Shown here piece by piece: positions 17,425 through 27,736 of a DNA stretch of 64,000 nucleotides. A program made the position numbers and the translations under genes. Under the pieces are notes generated by a model. It was not told where the DNA came from. It did no database searches and was given only the letters and a program-made list of their open reading frames with translations. Source of the DNA: Bacillota bacterium (GTDB taxonomy: Bacteria > Bacillota_I > Bacilli_A > RF39 > UBA660). The stretch is taken from assembly GCA_015059495.1 (NCBI GenBank), contig SVAI01000001.1:435246-499245 (forward strand), written 5' to 3'. How positions within the stretch are numbered: the first letter of the stretch is position 1; each line of letters starts with the position of its first letter.

Positions 17425-18193
17425 CCCTCTTTTCAGTGATATCAGCTGCTATAGTAAGTAATGTTGAATAGTCTTTTTGATATACTCTAGCTACATCTTT
17501 TAATAATGTTGGTATATGTCCATTCATTAATATTCTATCAATATTTTCAATAAAGAATTCAGTAGATAAAGTATAATCTATATTTGCTTGTATAGTTTTC
17601 TTAATATCATACATAGAAAAATAATCTTTAAAAGGATTATTAGAATTATTTAATAATACTTTATAATTATCTATTCCTAAATTCTTTAATATAGCAAGAA
17701 CTGATCTAGTACTCTTTAAATTTAATGGATCATTATTAATCATAAATAATATATCATCTACTTTATCCATTAAATATAAAGTTGTTGGTCCAAGATCATG
17801 ATTAGAATCTATTAATATAACATCATAGATAAATCCAGCTTGATCTATAATCATATCTAAATATCTTAAATCAATCTTAGAGGCATCTCTAGGATCTTTA
17901 GGACATGCAATAGCGCTAATATATTTATTATATTTTAAAACATAATTATCAAAATCTTCGAAGACATTATTTTTTAAATCTTCACTCATTTCATATACAG
18001 ATTTATTATAAGATTTATTTAATGCTAGAGCTATTCCACCACTAGTTAAATCTAAATCTATAATTAATACTTTCTTCTCTAAAGAGCAGATTATACCTGC
18101 TAAATCTAAAGTAAATATGGTTTTACCCACGCCACCTTTAGTTGAAGCAATTAAAACTGATTTTGATTTTTTAGTACTTGCCATACTTACCAA
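17408..18193 (-). CDS. ParA/MinD-superfamily ATPase, CpaE/TadZ-like
   Basis: Deviant Walker A KGGVGKT (ASTKGGVGKTIFTLDLA). 4 bp overlap with the CpaF-like gene. Confidence 0.7.
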   Translation of the reverse strand: MVSMASTKKSKSVLIASTKGGVGKTIFTLDLAGIICSLEKKVLIIDLDLTSGGIALALNKSYNKSVYEMSEDLKNNVFEDFDNYVLKYNKYISAIACPKDPRDASKIDLRYLDMIIDQAGFIYDVILIDSNHDLGPTTLYLMDKVDDILFMINNDPLNLKSTRSVLAILKNLGIDNYKVLLNNSNNPFKDYFSMYDIKKTIQANIDYTLSTEFFIENIDRILMNGHIPTLLKDVARVYQKDYSTLLTIAADITEKRGDIHE

Positions 18194-18256
18194 CCCTTTA
18201 TTATTAATAATTATAACATAACCATATAAAAAAAGATAGATTTTTTTACCTATCTT

Positions 18257-19183
18257 TTATAATGCTAAAACAAATAATTCTAGTGCTAAATACTTATCCA
18301 TATTATTAGATTTTAACTTATAATCTAAGTCTAATAATTCTAATAATTTATCTTCTAAATCTTTACTAACATAATGATATGAATTATTAATAGTTTTATC
18401 TAATTGCCAGTCTAATAAACCTAGTTTTTTAGCTATATCACTATTAGAATAACCCTTATCTTGTAAATACTTAGCAAATAGCATTAATCTATATTCTCTA
18501 GCAAGTAATGATATTAAAACTATTGGTTCTATCTTAAATAATTTAAAATCTTTAATTAACTGCATAGCACTCTTAACATCTCTTTTAATAACGGCATCAA
18601 CAAACTTAAAATTATTATCATCAAGTGACTGAGATACTAAATTCTCTAAATCTATTTTCTTTATTTCACATGCTTCATTATAATATAACATTACTTTTTC
18701 TAATTGCATAATTGCTATATCATAATTAGATAATGATGCAAAAGTAATATATGAAGCATTACTTTCACTTAACTTATACCCTTCACTCTTAGCTTTAGCT
18801 ATTAACTTAGCATTAATATCTTTATAACCTAAAGGTTTAATATATATAAAAGCATTCTTATCTTTTAATAACTTAATTACTTTTTTTCTTTCATCTACTT
18901 TATCATTAAATAAAAATATTACTTCAGTTAATGGATTAGGATTCTCAATATACTTTTCAAGTATTTCAATATCATCTTTAGATTTAGCATCTAAAAAACT
19001 ACAATTCTTAACTAATATTTTCTTATGATCATCAAATAATGAAGTATAACTACATAAATGTACTATTTCAACTAAATTAGTATCATTATAATCAATTACT
19101 TCAACATCATCTAAACTTTTAAATATTTTAGTTATTTCTTCTAATCTTACATGATAAGAATTACTAGCAATTAAATATACCAT
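18257..19183 (-). CDS. holA: DNA polymerase III delta subunit
   Basis: 308 aa starting MVYLIASNSYHV. C-terminal LLAREYRLMLFAKYL...IAKKLGL is typical of HolA. Lies in the comEC-holA neighbourhood typical of Firmicutes. A terminator-like hairpin follows at about 18218-18250. Confidence 0.6.
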   Translation of the reverse strand: MVYLIASNSYHVRLEEITKIFKSLDDVEVIDYNDTNLVEIVHLCSYTSLFDDHKKILVKNCSFLDAKSKDDIEILEKYIENPNPLTEVIFLFNDKVDERKKVIKLLKDKNAFIYIKPLGYKDINAKLIAKAKSEGYKLSESNASYITFASLSNYDIAIMQLEKVMLYYNEACEIKKIDLENLVSQSLDDNNFKFVDAVIKRDVKSAMQLIKDFKLFKIEPIVLISLLAREYRLMLFAKYLQDKGYSNSDIAKKLGLLDWQLDKTINNSYHYVSKDLEDKLLELLDLDYKLKSNNMDKYLALELFVLAL

Positions 19184-19258
19184 AGTTATTACTCCTTACA
19201 TCTAAAATTATACCAAATAATAAATAAAAAAAGAACTATCTTTACAATAATTCTTTAA

Positions 19259-19648
19259 CTATTCATACATTAATGGACATCTACAATTATCTTTATCCCA
19301 CCTATTTAACTCTATATTACGTTTATTTATATAATCAATTATTTCTTCTTTATTAATACATCCACCAAAAGCAGTTCTACCTTCATCATCAAATACATTA
19401 TCTTTAATATAACTTACAAAAGGAAATCTATCATATAAATATATAATATCATTCATATAACCTACATTTTTATCATATACAATACTCTTATCATAACTAT
19501 CTTCAAAATCATGAATAAGTATACCTAAATCACCCATATCAAAATAACTTCCATCTTTTTTCACTAAAAATCCATTATCATCATATTTTAATTCGATTCC
19601 TAGAAAATAATATCTATCATTTATCTTAATTCTTTTTTCAATAGTCAT
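19259..19648 (-). CDS. hypothetical protein (129 aa, Cys-containing C-terminus)
   Basis: ORF only. No recognisable motif. Immediately downstream of the DUF1016 nuclease gene. Confidence 0.4.
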   Translation of the reverse strand: MTIEKRIKINDRYYFLGIELKYDDNGFLVKKDGSYFDMGDLGILIHDFEDSYDKSIVYDKNVGYMNDIIYLYDRFPFVSYIKDNVFDDEGRTAFGGCINKEEIIDYINKRNIELNRWDKDNCRCPLMYE

Positions 19649-19673
19649 ATTACCACATCCTATAATTATTATA

Positions 19674-20570
19674 TCATACTAACTCATATTCTCTAGCAAT
19701 TATTCTATCATCAGAACAATATTTAATAACATATTCATTATCTTGCTTACATATAATAATACCTACTGTATCATTTTCTTCTATAGTCTTAACATTTTTA
19801 TCAATGTAATTCATATATGTCATAACTTGGCCTGTATGTTCTTTCTTTAGTTCTGTCACTTTTATTTCTACCACTACATAACATTTGTATTTAATGTTAT
19901 ACAAAAGTAAATCAATGTAATTATATCTATCGCCTATTTTAATAGGATATTCACTTTTAATAAATGTAAATCCATTTCCTAGCTCGTCTAAAAAATTTTC
20001 AATATCTTCTAATATTAATTTTTGTAATACTTTTTCTGAAAATATATCATACTTGCTATTATTTTTAATGATAATTGGATTCTTTACAAAATCAACCACA
20101 TTAGACTTATCTTGGTTTATTATTTTATTTTTTGTAGATTCTGGTAGTCTTTCATACTCATTAGACTTTATTCTTTCTCTTAACTGCCTAATTGATAAAC
20201 TGTTTAATTCAGATATTTTAACATAATATTGAAACTTATTATCATCAAACCAAAGAATTTCACAGTAATGACTCCAACTTAATTTGGCAGACAGTGTCTG
20301 CCATTTTTGAGAAACTTTATAAAATTGTCTCATATTTCTTAAATTTCTTTGGCTATAACCTAAGCCTAACTCTTCAGTTAGCTTTAAAGAATATTCTTTA
20401 ATAATACTTTCTCCATATTGATTACCCGCGTCTAATAATAATTTACCAACATTATAGTATGTATCTAAATCACTTTTATTAATTGAATAGTTCTTTACTT
20501 TTCTATTTATCTCATTGTTTATTAATTCATTTTTAATCTCATTGTAATAATTCATATTTACTCCTTTCAT
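19674..20570 (-). CDS. YhcG/DUF1016-family PD-(D/E)xK nuclease-like protein
   Basis: N-terminal DUF1016 hallmarks LSWSHYCEIL and LSIRQLRERI. The C-terminal PD-(D/E)xK core reads FLDELGNGFTF...YIDLLLYNIKYKCYVVVEIKVTELKKEHTGQVMTYMNYID (D...E-x-K). Confidence 0.8.
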   Translation of the reverse strand: MKGVNMNYYNEIKNELINNEINRKVKNYSINKSDLDTYYNVGKLLLDAGNQYGESIIKEYSLKLTEELGLGYSQRNLRNMRQFYKVSQKWQTLSAKLSWSHYCEILWFDDNKFQYYVKISELNSLSIRQLRERIKSNEYERLPESTKNKIINQDKSNVVDFVKNPIIIKNNSKYDIFSEKVLQKLILEDIENFLDELGNGFTFIKSEYPIKIGDRYNYIDLLLYNIKYKCYVVVEIKVTELKKEHTGQVMTYMNYIDKNVKTIEENDTVGIIICKQDNEYVIKYCSDDRIIAREYELV

Positions 20571-20597
20571 AATTTTGTCACCAGTGGTGACACTTTT

Positions 20598-22676
20598 CTA
20601 TGGAATGCAAGTATCTATTTTTAATTTATTATTTTTAATCTTAAACATAATACTACCATCTTCATCTGTTCTATATATCTTTGAATGATTTAAAGTATTT
20701 AATACTTCTTTATTGGGATGTCCATATCTATTATTCTTTCCAACACTAATAATGGAATATTTTTGATTAATTTCATTTATAAACTCTTTACTTGAACTTG
20801 TTTTAGATCCATGATGTCCTACTTTTAATACATCTATATCAGGTAGATTATATTTATTTAATATTTCTTTTTCAGTAGTAACTGATGCATCTCCCATAAA
20901 CATAAATTTATATCCACTAAGTTCGGCATAAATTACATTTGAGTTATCATTCTCATTGTCATAAACTTTAGTTTGTAAAAACAACATATCTTCTAATTTA
21001 TTAATACAAGTATTGTATTTTATATTCTTTTTATCTAATACTTTTATTAATTCTTTTTCTAAATTGTTATAAGGACCACAGTTAAAAATAACACGCTCCA
21101 CTTTTATATTATTAATAATATTTATCGCTTCACCAACATGATCTTGATCACCATGACTAATAACTAAATTATTTATTCTACTTATCCCAATGCTATGCAT
21201 AAAAGAAATAGTATTATCACTCAAATGATATTCTTTGTTCTTCTTCTTCCATTTCTCTTCTTTAAATTTTACTAATCCACCAGTATCAATTAAAGTAACA
21301 TTCTTGTGTCTTGGACTAACAACAAGTGCACTATCTCCTTGCTGTACATCAAAAAAATAAACATAACTACTATCATCAAGGAAATAATTATATTTAACAA
21401 ATAATATCAATAATAAATAACAAAGTATCATTCTTTTATACCTGTAACTTAGTACTAAGAATATGTAATAAATAAATATTACCAACAAAGGAATCTTAGG
21501 AATAACAGCATTAATAATATTTATATTTATTAAAAAATTATTGATAATAAATAATAAATTTAAAGATAAATCAAATAAAGGATTAAATATAGGAATAATT
21601 AAAGTTAGAATACTTAATGGATAAACAATTAAACTAACTAAAGGAACTACAAATAAATTATTTATCGGACTCATTAAATTAATAACATAATTATTATTAA
21701 TAGTTATTGGTAAAGAAAATAAAAAAGCAATTATACTTACTTTTAATAATATATAAAAATAATTACCTCTTTTTAAGTAATTATTAAATTTAATTAATCC
21801 ATAAGTAGTTAAACTAGAATATAAGAATCCAATATCATATATAATAAAACAATCAATTATTATATTAATTACTATAGTTAAATAAAATAAATTCATAGTT
21901 TTAATATCTAATTTAAATATTTTATTTAATGATAACAATAAATATAAAGTATATGCTCTTTTAATAGATGATGGAAACGAACATAATAAACCATATATAA
22001 ATAAAACTATTAAAGATATTATTATAGGTATATTTTTATTCTTTAACTTAGATAATAAAAATAATACTACACAAGAAAACAACGTAATATGCATACCTGA
22101 AACACTAAATAAATGACTTATACCAAGTGTTTGATAATTATTTAAATCATCACTATCTATACTAGTCTTATCACCTAGTATAAATATTTTAATGTATTCA
22201 CTATTATCTCTTTTATCAATAGTATCACTTAAGAAATTCTTAAACCTATTAATTAAACTAATATTATTATTACTTATATTAAAACTACTAATATTAAATA
22301 TTTTATATATTCTTTTATTGTATAAATATTTCCTATAATTAAATGTATTAAATATACTATTATTACTTGGATCACTTAATTCACCAGTTAAATTAACATA
22401 ACTACCATATTTTAAATTATCTATAAAGTATTCTTTTTCTTCTTTTGTTTTTAGGTAATAAGTACCTACAACTTTCTCTTTATTAGTTTTAAAAGTTATA
22501 GATACTTTATTACCATCTATTTTTTTACTTAATACTACTCCATCTAATTTATTTTCAATAGTATATTTAGACTTATATGAAATTAAAACTGTTGAAAAAA
22601 ATACATATATAAAACTTAATATTAATAATAAATAATAAAATAAATTAGATTGTAATACTATCTTTAATCTTTTCAT
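20598..22676 (-). CDS. comEC: DNA internalization competence protein ComEC/Rec2
   Basis: 692 aa with a polytopic competence domain plus the C-terminal metallo-beta-lactamase motif HGDQDH. Adjacent to comEA. Confidence 0.85.
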   Translation of the reverse strand: MKRLKIVLQSNLFYYLLLILSFIYVFFSTVLISYKSKYTIENKLDGVVLSKKIDGNKVSITFKTNKEKVVGTYYLKTKEEKEYFIDNLKYGSYVNLTGELSDPSNNSIFNTFNYRKYLYNKRIYKIFNISSFNISNNNISLINRFKNFLSDTIDKRDNSEYIKIFILGDKTSIDSDDLNNYQTLGISHLFSVSGMHITLFSCVVLFLLSKLKNKNIPIIISLIVLFIYGLLCSFPSSIKRAYTLYLLLSLNKIFKLDIKTMNLFYLTIVINIIIDCFIIYDIGFLYSSLTTYGLIKFNNYLKRGNYFYILLKVSIIAFLFSLPITINNNYVINLMSPINNLFVVPLVSLIVYPLSILTLIIPIFNPLFDLSLNLLFIINNFLININIINAVIPKIPLLVIFIYYIFLVLSYRYKRMILCYLLLILFVKYNYFLDDSSYVYFFDVQQGDSALVVSPRHKNVTLIDTGGLVKFKEEKWKKKNKEYHLSDNTISFMHSIGISRINNLVISHGDQDHVGEAINIINNIKVERVIFNCGPYNNLEKELIKVLDKKNIKYNTCINKLEDMLFLQTKVYDNENDNSNVIYAELSGYKFMFMGDASVTTEKEILNKYNLPDIDVLKVGHHGSKTSSSKEFINEINQKYSIISVGKNNRYGHPNKEVLNTLNHSKIYRTDEDGSIMFKIKNNKLKIDTCIP

Positions 22677-23346
22677 AATAAGTTTCCCCTATACCAGATA
22701 CATTCTTAATATCCTCAATAGACTTAAATAAACCATTAGTATTTCTATATTCAATAATCTTTATTGCTTTAGCTTCACCAATACCATTTAAAGTGGTTAA
22801 TTCATCTACTGTTGCACTATTTATATTTACTTTATTTGGACTAACACATATATTATCTACTTTAGTTTCACTAGTACTTGAAGGGATATTACTAGTATTA
22901 TTTTGTTTTTCTTTTAATTCACTCTTTGTAGAAATATATATAACCATTTCATTATAAATAGCTTTAGATAAATTAATATCATCAGTAGTAGCACCACTCT
23001 TTAAGCCACCAGCAAGCACTATAACGTCATTAACTATCGAATTTTTATTTAATCTATAAACACCTGGTTTCTTAACTGCTCCTTTAATATCTACCAAAAC
23101 TTCTTCATTTATCTCTTCACATTCACACTTTTGCTCTTCTTGAGTTATTTCCATCGCACTCACTTCACTATTAAAAGAGCAGTAAACCAAAACACCAACT
23201 ACACTTAATGTAACAACTACAGATATACAAGCCACAATATTTTTCTTTAAAAAAGTTATCATCTTCTCACCTCCTTTATCTAACCCTTCATAGATAATAT
23301 TGTCTATAAATCTCTTATTTCCTTTTTTATTTTTAAAATTGTACAT
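22645..23346 (-). CDS. comEA: competence protein ComEA (helix-hairpin-helix DNA receptor)
   Basis: N-terminal TM anchor. C-terminal tandem HhH INSATVDELTTLNGIGEAKAIKIIEYR. Confidence 0.8.
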   Translation of the reverse strand: MYNFKNKKGNKRFIDNIIYEGLDKGGEKMITFLKKNIVACISVVVTLSVVGVLVYCSFNSEVSAMEITQEEQKCECEEINEEVLVDIKGAVKKPGVYRLNKNSIVNDVIVLAGGLKSGATTDDINLSKAIYNEMVIYISTKSELKEKQNNTSNIPSSTSETKVDNICVSPNKVNINSATVDELTTLNGIGEAKAIKIIEYRNTNGLFKSIEDIKNVSGIGETYYEKIKDSITI

Positions 23347-23494
23347 ATTTTTACATCATTTTTTTCATAGTTGACACACTAACTTTACAATTTAATAAAT
23401 ATACTGTAATATTATTGATATAAAGAAAAATAAATAAAACACTTTATTTTTTTGATACATTTTGATAAAATATTATGGCGTTAGAGGTGAGAAA

Positions 23495-24046
23495 ATGAAA
23501 TTACCAGATATTAAAATATTAGATGAAAAAGAAAAAGTACTTCACCAAGTAAGTAAAGAAGTAACTTTTCCACTTACAGATAAACAAAAAAAAGATATAA
23601 AAGATATGCTTTTATATCTAAGAATGTCTCAAATCGAAGAATATTCTGAAAAATATAACTTAAGACCAGGTATGGGATTATCTTATGTTCAAATTGGTGA
23701 ATTAGAAAGAATATTTGTTATTTGTGATGAGGTTGAAGAAGGACAATTCGAAGAATATGTTATTATAAATCCCGAAATTATTTCTCAATCAGAAGAAATG
23801 ATTTATGTTGGCGAAGGTGAAGGATGCTTATCAATCAACAGAGAGGTTGAAGGAATAGTACCAAGACATGCTAGAATCACAGTTGAAGCCTATGATGAAG
23901 ACGGAAACAAATTCCAAGTTAGAGTCAGAGAAGACATTGCAATCGCTTTCCAACATGAAATGGATCACTTAAATGGAATTTTATTTACTGATAAAATAGA
24001 TCCTAAAAATCCATTTAAGGGTGCTAATAACGCAAGAGAAATATAA
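23495..24046 (+). CDS. def: peptide deformylase
   Basis: GEGEGCLS and QHEMDHLNG metal-binding motifs. GAGGTGA RBS precedes the ATG at 23495 (the ORF track starts at an upstream in-frame ATG at 23462). A terminator aaagagac-acaa-gtctcttt follows at 24044-24072. Confidence 0.9.
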   Translation: MKLPDIKILDEKEKVLHQVSKEVTFPLTDKQKKDIKDMLLYLRMSQIEEYSEKYNLRPGMGLSYVQIGELERIFVICDEVEEGQFEEYVIINPEIISQSEEMIYVGEGEGCLSINREVEGIVPRHARITVEAYDEDGNKFQVRVREDIAIAFQHEMDHLNGILFTDKIDPKNPFKGANNAREI

Positions 24047-24069
24047 AAAGAGACACAAGTCTCTTTTTT

Positions 24070-24780
24070 TTATTTAATATTTATATTTTTAAATTGATTT
24101 ATAAATTGATCAAAAGTTTTAACTAAATTACTATCTAAATTAGAGTTATTACACCAATCTTTTAACTTATCCATATTTTCTGGCGTAGATAATATAGCAT
24201 ATAATCTGTTTTTATCATTTAAATCAACATTAGCAATTATCATTCCTTTAGAAGATTGTATTTCACTCTCATCCTTAGGATTGATAACAAATACAACACC
24301 ACAAGGTATAGTATAGTTTAAAGAATGTATATCACTATAACCATCTAAAGTAGTAATTATAGTATCTTTAGTAGTAACACTAACCTGATCAGTAGTATCA
24401 TAACTTGTTTCTGTGCCAATTCTATCTACTGAAGAAGATAATGATTTTGTTTCAATTATCTCTTTAGCAGTATATATAGGACATCCATGAAAACATAAAT
24501 GCAAATCTTCAGGTACATACTTTTCTATATCACTAGCATAATTTTCCATGATATTTTTTCTATATTCAATATCTTCTATCATTGGTTCTCTAAGATTATT
24601 TAATATATTTTTAATATCTTTTAAATAATTTTTTCTTCTAATAATCGTACCTTTATATATTCTCTTCTTAAATTCATTACTCTCATTATTAAGTAATTCT
24701 TCATACTTTTTAATGTCTTCACTGACACTTTTTTCTAATCTTTCATAATTTTTTTTATTCTTTAAATATTCATCACTCAT
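24070..24780 (-). CDS. hypothetical protein translationally coupled to smc
   Basis: 236 aa. Its start ATG overlaps the smc TAA by 1 nt (TAATG). The coiled-coil-like N-terminus and HLCFHGCP segment are not recognised. Confidence 0.45.
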   Translation of the reverse strand: MSDEYLKNKKNYERLEKSVSEDIKKYEELLNNESNEFKKRIYKGTIIRRKNYLKDIKNILNNLREPMIEDIEYRKNIMENYASDIEKYVPEDLHLCFHGCPIYTAKEIIETKSLSSSVDRIGTETSYDTTDQVSVTTKDTIITTLDGYSDIHSLNYTIPCGVVFVINPKDESEIQSSKGMIIANVDLNDKNRLYAILSTPENMDKLKDWCNNSNLDSNLVKTFDQFINQFKNINIK

Positions 24781-27725
24781 TACATATTATCCTCTAATTT
24801 AACACTAACTAGTTTAGATACACCACTCTCTTGCATTGTAATACCATATAAAGTATCTAAATATTCCATAGTTTTCTTTTTATGCGTAATAACAACAAAT
24901 TGAGTCTTATCTTGTTCCTTCTTTAAATATTTAGCAAACGCTAAAACATTTGGATCATCTAAAGCTGCTTCTACTTCATCTAAAATAACAAATGGTGTTG
25001 GTTTAATTTTTAATATTGCAAATAATAATGCAATAGCAGTTAAAGACTTCTCACCACCTGATAGCGAAGCAATTGTATTTAATTTCTTACCTGGAGGTAT
25101 AGCAACAATTTCTACACCAGTTTCAAGTAAATTATCAGGATCAGTTAAAACTAAATCAGCTTTACCACCCTTAAATAATTCTTTAAAGATTTCTTTAAAT
25201 TCTTTTTCTACATTATCAAATGTAGTCTTAAATCTTTCAATCATTATTTCATCCATAGATGATATTAAATTAGTTAATTCTTCAATAGATGCTACTATAT
25301 CATCTTTTTGTGAAGTTAAGAATTCATATCTAGTAGATACATTCTTATATTCTTCAATAGCACCTACATTAACTTCACCTAATTCTCTAATTTGTTTCTT
25401 TAACTTAGAAACTACAATCTTAGTATCATCTACATTAATATCTAAATTAGCACTCTCTAATGCTTTTTCATAAGTCATATTATAGACTTCATTTAAAGTA
25501 ATTAAATAATTATCTATTTTAACATCTTTCTTGCCTAAATCTATTTCAATATCTTTTAATTCATTAGATAAACTATTATATTTAGAATTAACTTGTCTAT
25601 TATTATTTTCTAAAGTAGTAATTTCTTCATATAAATTATCTATTTTTTCTTTTAATTTATTAGTAGATTTTTCTAAAGATTCTCTTTCACTTTCTTTAGC
25701 ATAAAACTTTTCTAATAATTCATTTAATTCTTTATCTAAAGTATTATCTTTAACATTTTGAGTTCCTACTAATTCATTATGCTTAACATTGTATTGCTTC
25801 TTTAAATCACTTAAAGTAATATTTTTTCTTTCTACTACTTCTCTTAAAGCAATAATTTCACTTTGTAATTTATAAGATTTATCATTCTTTTCTTGTTCTT
25901 CATTAACTAAAGCAGCATAATCACTAGCTAACTTCTTAACTTCAGAATTTAATTCTTCTAACATTTTATTTAATGAAGCAAGTTCTTCTTTTAATGCTAA
26001 ACTATTAGTTTGTTTCTTTAATGAACCACCAGTTAAAGCACCACCAACAAACAATACTTCACCACTAAGTGATACAACTCTATATTTATAACTAATTAAT
26101 TTACCAATTTTATTTAAAGCATCAATATCTTCTACTACAATAATATTACCTAATTGATTCTTAATAATATTATCATACTTAATATCATACTTAACTAAAT
26201 TAGATGCAATATTAACAAAACCTTTTTCTTTCTTAACTAATTCTAAAGTATCACTATCAACATTTCTTTCTTTAATAACATTTAAAGGAAAGAATGTTGC
26301 TCTACCTAAATGATTATCTTTTAAATAATTAATAGCATCTTTAGCAACACTTTCATTATCTACTACTAATACATTTAAATTAGCACCTAAAGATACATTA
26401 ATAGCAGTAATACATTCTTCATCTACATCAATTAAACTAGATATAGTACCATGAATACTAGAAAATCTAGGATTATTTAATATTTGTTTAACTGCATATG
26501 GAACTGAAGCATTTTCTTCTAAATTAGTTTGTAATATATCAATCTTATTTTTCTTTTCTAAAATTAATTTATTTTTAGAGTTAATACTAGCTTCTAAAGT
26601 ATAATGTCTATGAGTTAAATTTAAGATATCATCATCTAATTCTTTTTTAGCTTTATTCTTATCATTTAATTCATTATTAAGTGATTCTAATTCTTCTTCT
26701 AAAATAGTAATATTCTTATTTAAAGTTAACTCTTCTTCTTTTAAATTTAAAATATTATTTTGTAATTTTAAATCATCTACTTCATATTTCTTTCTTTCAC
26801 TAACTAATTGTTTTTGAGAAGAAAGATCTGCTAATTCTTTATTTAATTTAATAATATATTCTTTCTTTTGATTATAAGATTCATCTAAATTAATCTTTTC
26901 TAATTTTAGTTTTTCTAACTTAGATATATCAGTTGAATTAGTTAAATTAATATTTTCAATTTCTTTTTCAATATCATTTTTCTTTTCATTTAATTCTTTA
27001 ACTGTTTTATTTAAATCTTGTAGATCTTTAGCAATTAAAGATATTTCATTAGTTTCTAATTCATCTTTTAAATCTAAATACTTTTTAGCAACAAATGCTT
27101 GTTCTTTTAAAGGTTCAACTCTAGTTTCAAGTTCATTTATTAAAAGATTAACTTTTTCTAAATTATCATTAGTTTTAGCTAACTTCTTTAAAGTATCTTC
27201 TTTTCTCTTCTTATATTTTAATACACCAGCAGCACCTTCAAAAATAACTCTTCTATCACTAGCTTTAGAGTTAATAATATCAGTAACTGTTCCTTGAGAT
27301 ACTATATTAAATGATTTTGATGAAGCACCACTATCAATAAATAATTCTAAAATATCTTTAAGTCTAACCTTTGAATTATTAATAAAGTATTCATTTTCAC
27401 CAGTTTTATATAATATTCTTTTTATTTCAATTTCATTAAATTCACTATTTAAATAATGATCAGAGTTATCAAATGTAAGTGATACACTAGCACGTGTTGC
27501 AGCACTTCTTGTTTCACTACCATTAAAAATAACATCAGTCATGTTATCTCCACCACGAAGTGATTTTAATGATTGTTCACCTAAAACCCAACGTATAGCA
27601 TCAACCACATTAGACTTACCTGAACCATTAGGTCCTACTATACCAGTAATACCACCCTTTATTTCAATAGCAATATTATCTGCAAAAGATTTAAAACCAT
27701 GGGCACATATTTTCTTTAAATACAT
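24780..27725 (-). CDS. smc: chromosome segregation protein SMC (short form, 981 aa)
   Basis: N-terminal Walker A GPNGSGKSN, long coiled coil, hinge, and C-terminal LSGGEKSLTAIALLFAI signature with Walker B ILDEVEAALD. Confidence 0.9.
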   Translation of the reverse strand: MYLKKICAHGFKSFADNIAIEIKGGITGIVGPNGSGKSNVVDAIRWVLGEQSLKSLRGGDNMTDVIFNGSETRSAATRASVSLTFDNSDHYLNSEFNEIEIKRILYKTGENEYFINNSKVRLKDILELFIDSGASSKSFNIVSQGTVTDIINSKASDRRVIFEGAAGVLKYKKRKEDTLKKLAKTNDNLEKVNLLINELETRVEPLKEQAFVAKKYLDLKDELETNEISLIAKDLQDLNKTVKELNEKKNDIEKEIENINLTNSTDISKLEKLKLEKINLDESYNQKKEYIIKLNKELADLSSQKQLVSERKKYEVDDLKLQNNILNLKEEELTLNKNITILEEELESLNNELNDKNKAKKELDDDILNLTHRHYTLEASINSKNKLILEKKNKIDILQTNLEENASVPYAVKQILNNPRFSSIHGTISSLIDVDEECITAINVSLGANLNVLVVDNESVAKDAINYLKDNHLGRATFFPLNVIKERNVDSDTLELVKKEKGFVNIASNLVKYDIKYDNIIKNQLGNIIVVEDIDALNKIGKLISYKYRVVSLSGEVLFVGGALTGGSLKKQTNSLALKEELASLNKMLEELNSEVKKLASDYAALVNEEQEKNDKSYKLQSEIIALREVVERKNITLSDLKKQYNVKHNELVGTQNVKDNTLDKELNELLEKFYAKESERESLEKSTNKLKEKIDNLYEEITTLENNNRQVNSKYNSLSNELKDIEIDLGKKDVKIDNYLITLNEVYNMTYEKALESANLDINVDDTKIVVSKLKKQIRELGEVNVGAIEEYKNVSTRYEFLTSQKDDIVASIEELTNLISSMDEIMIERFKTTFDNVEKEFKEIFKELFKGGKADLVLTDPDNLLETGVEIVAIPPGKKLNTIASLSGGEKSLTAIALLFAILKIKPTPFVILDEVEAALDDPNVLAFAKYLKKEQDKTQFVVITHKKKTMEYLDTLYGITMQESGVSKLVSVKLEDNM

Positions 27726-27736
27726 TTGTTGTTCAC

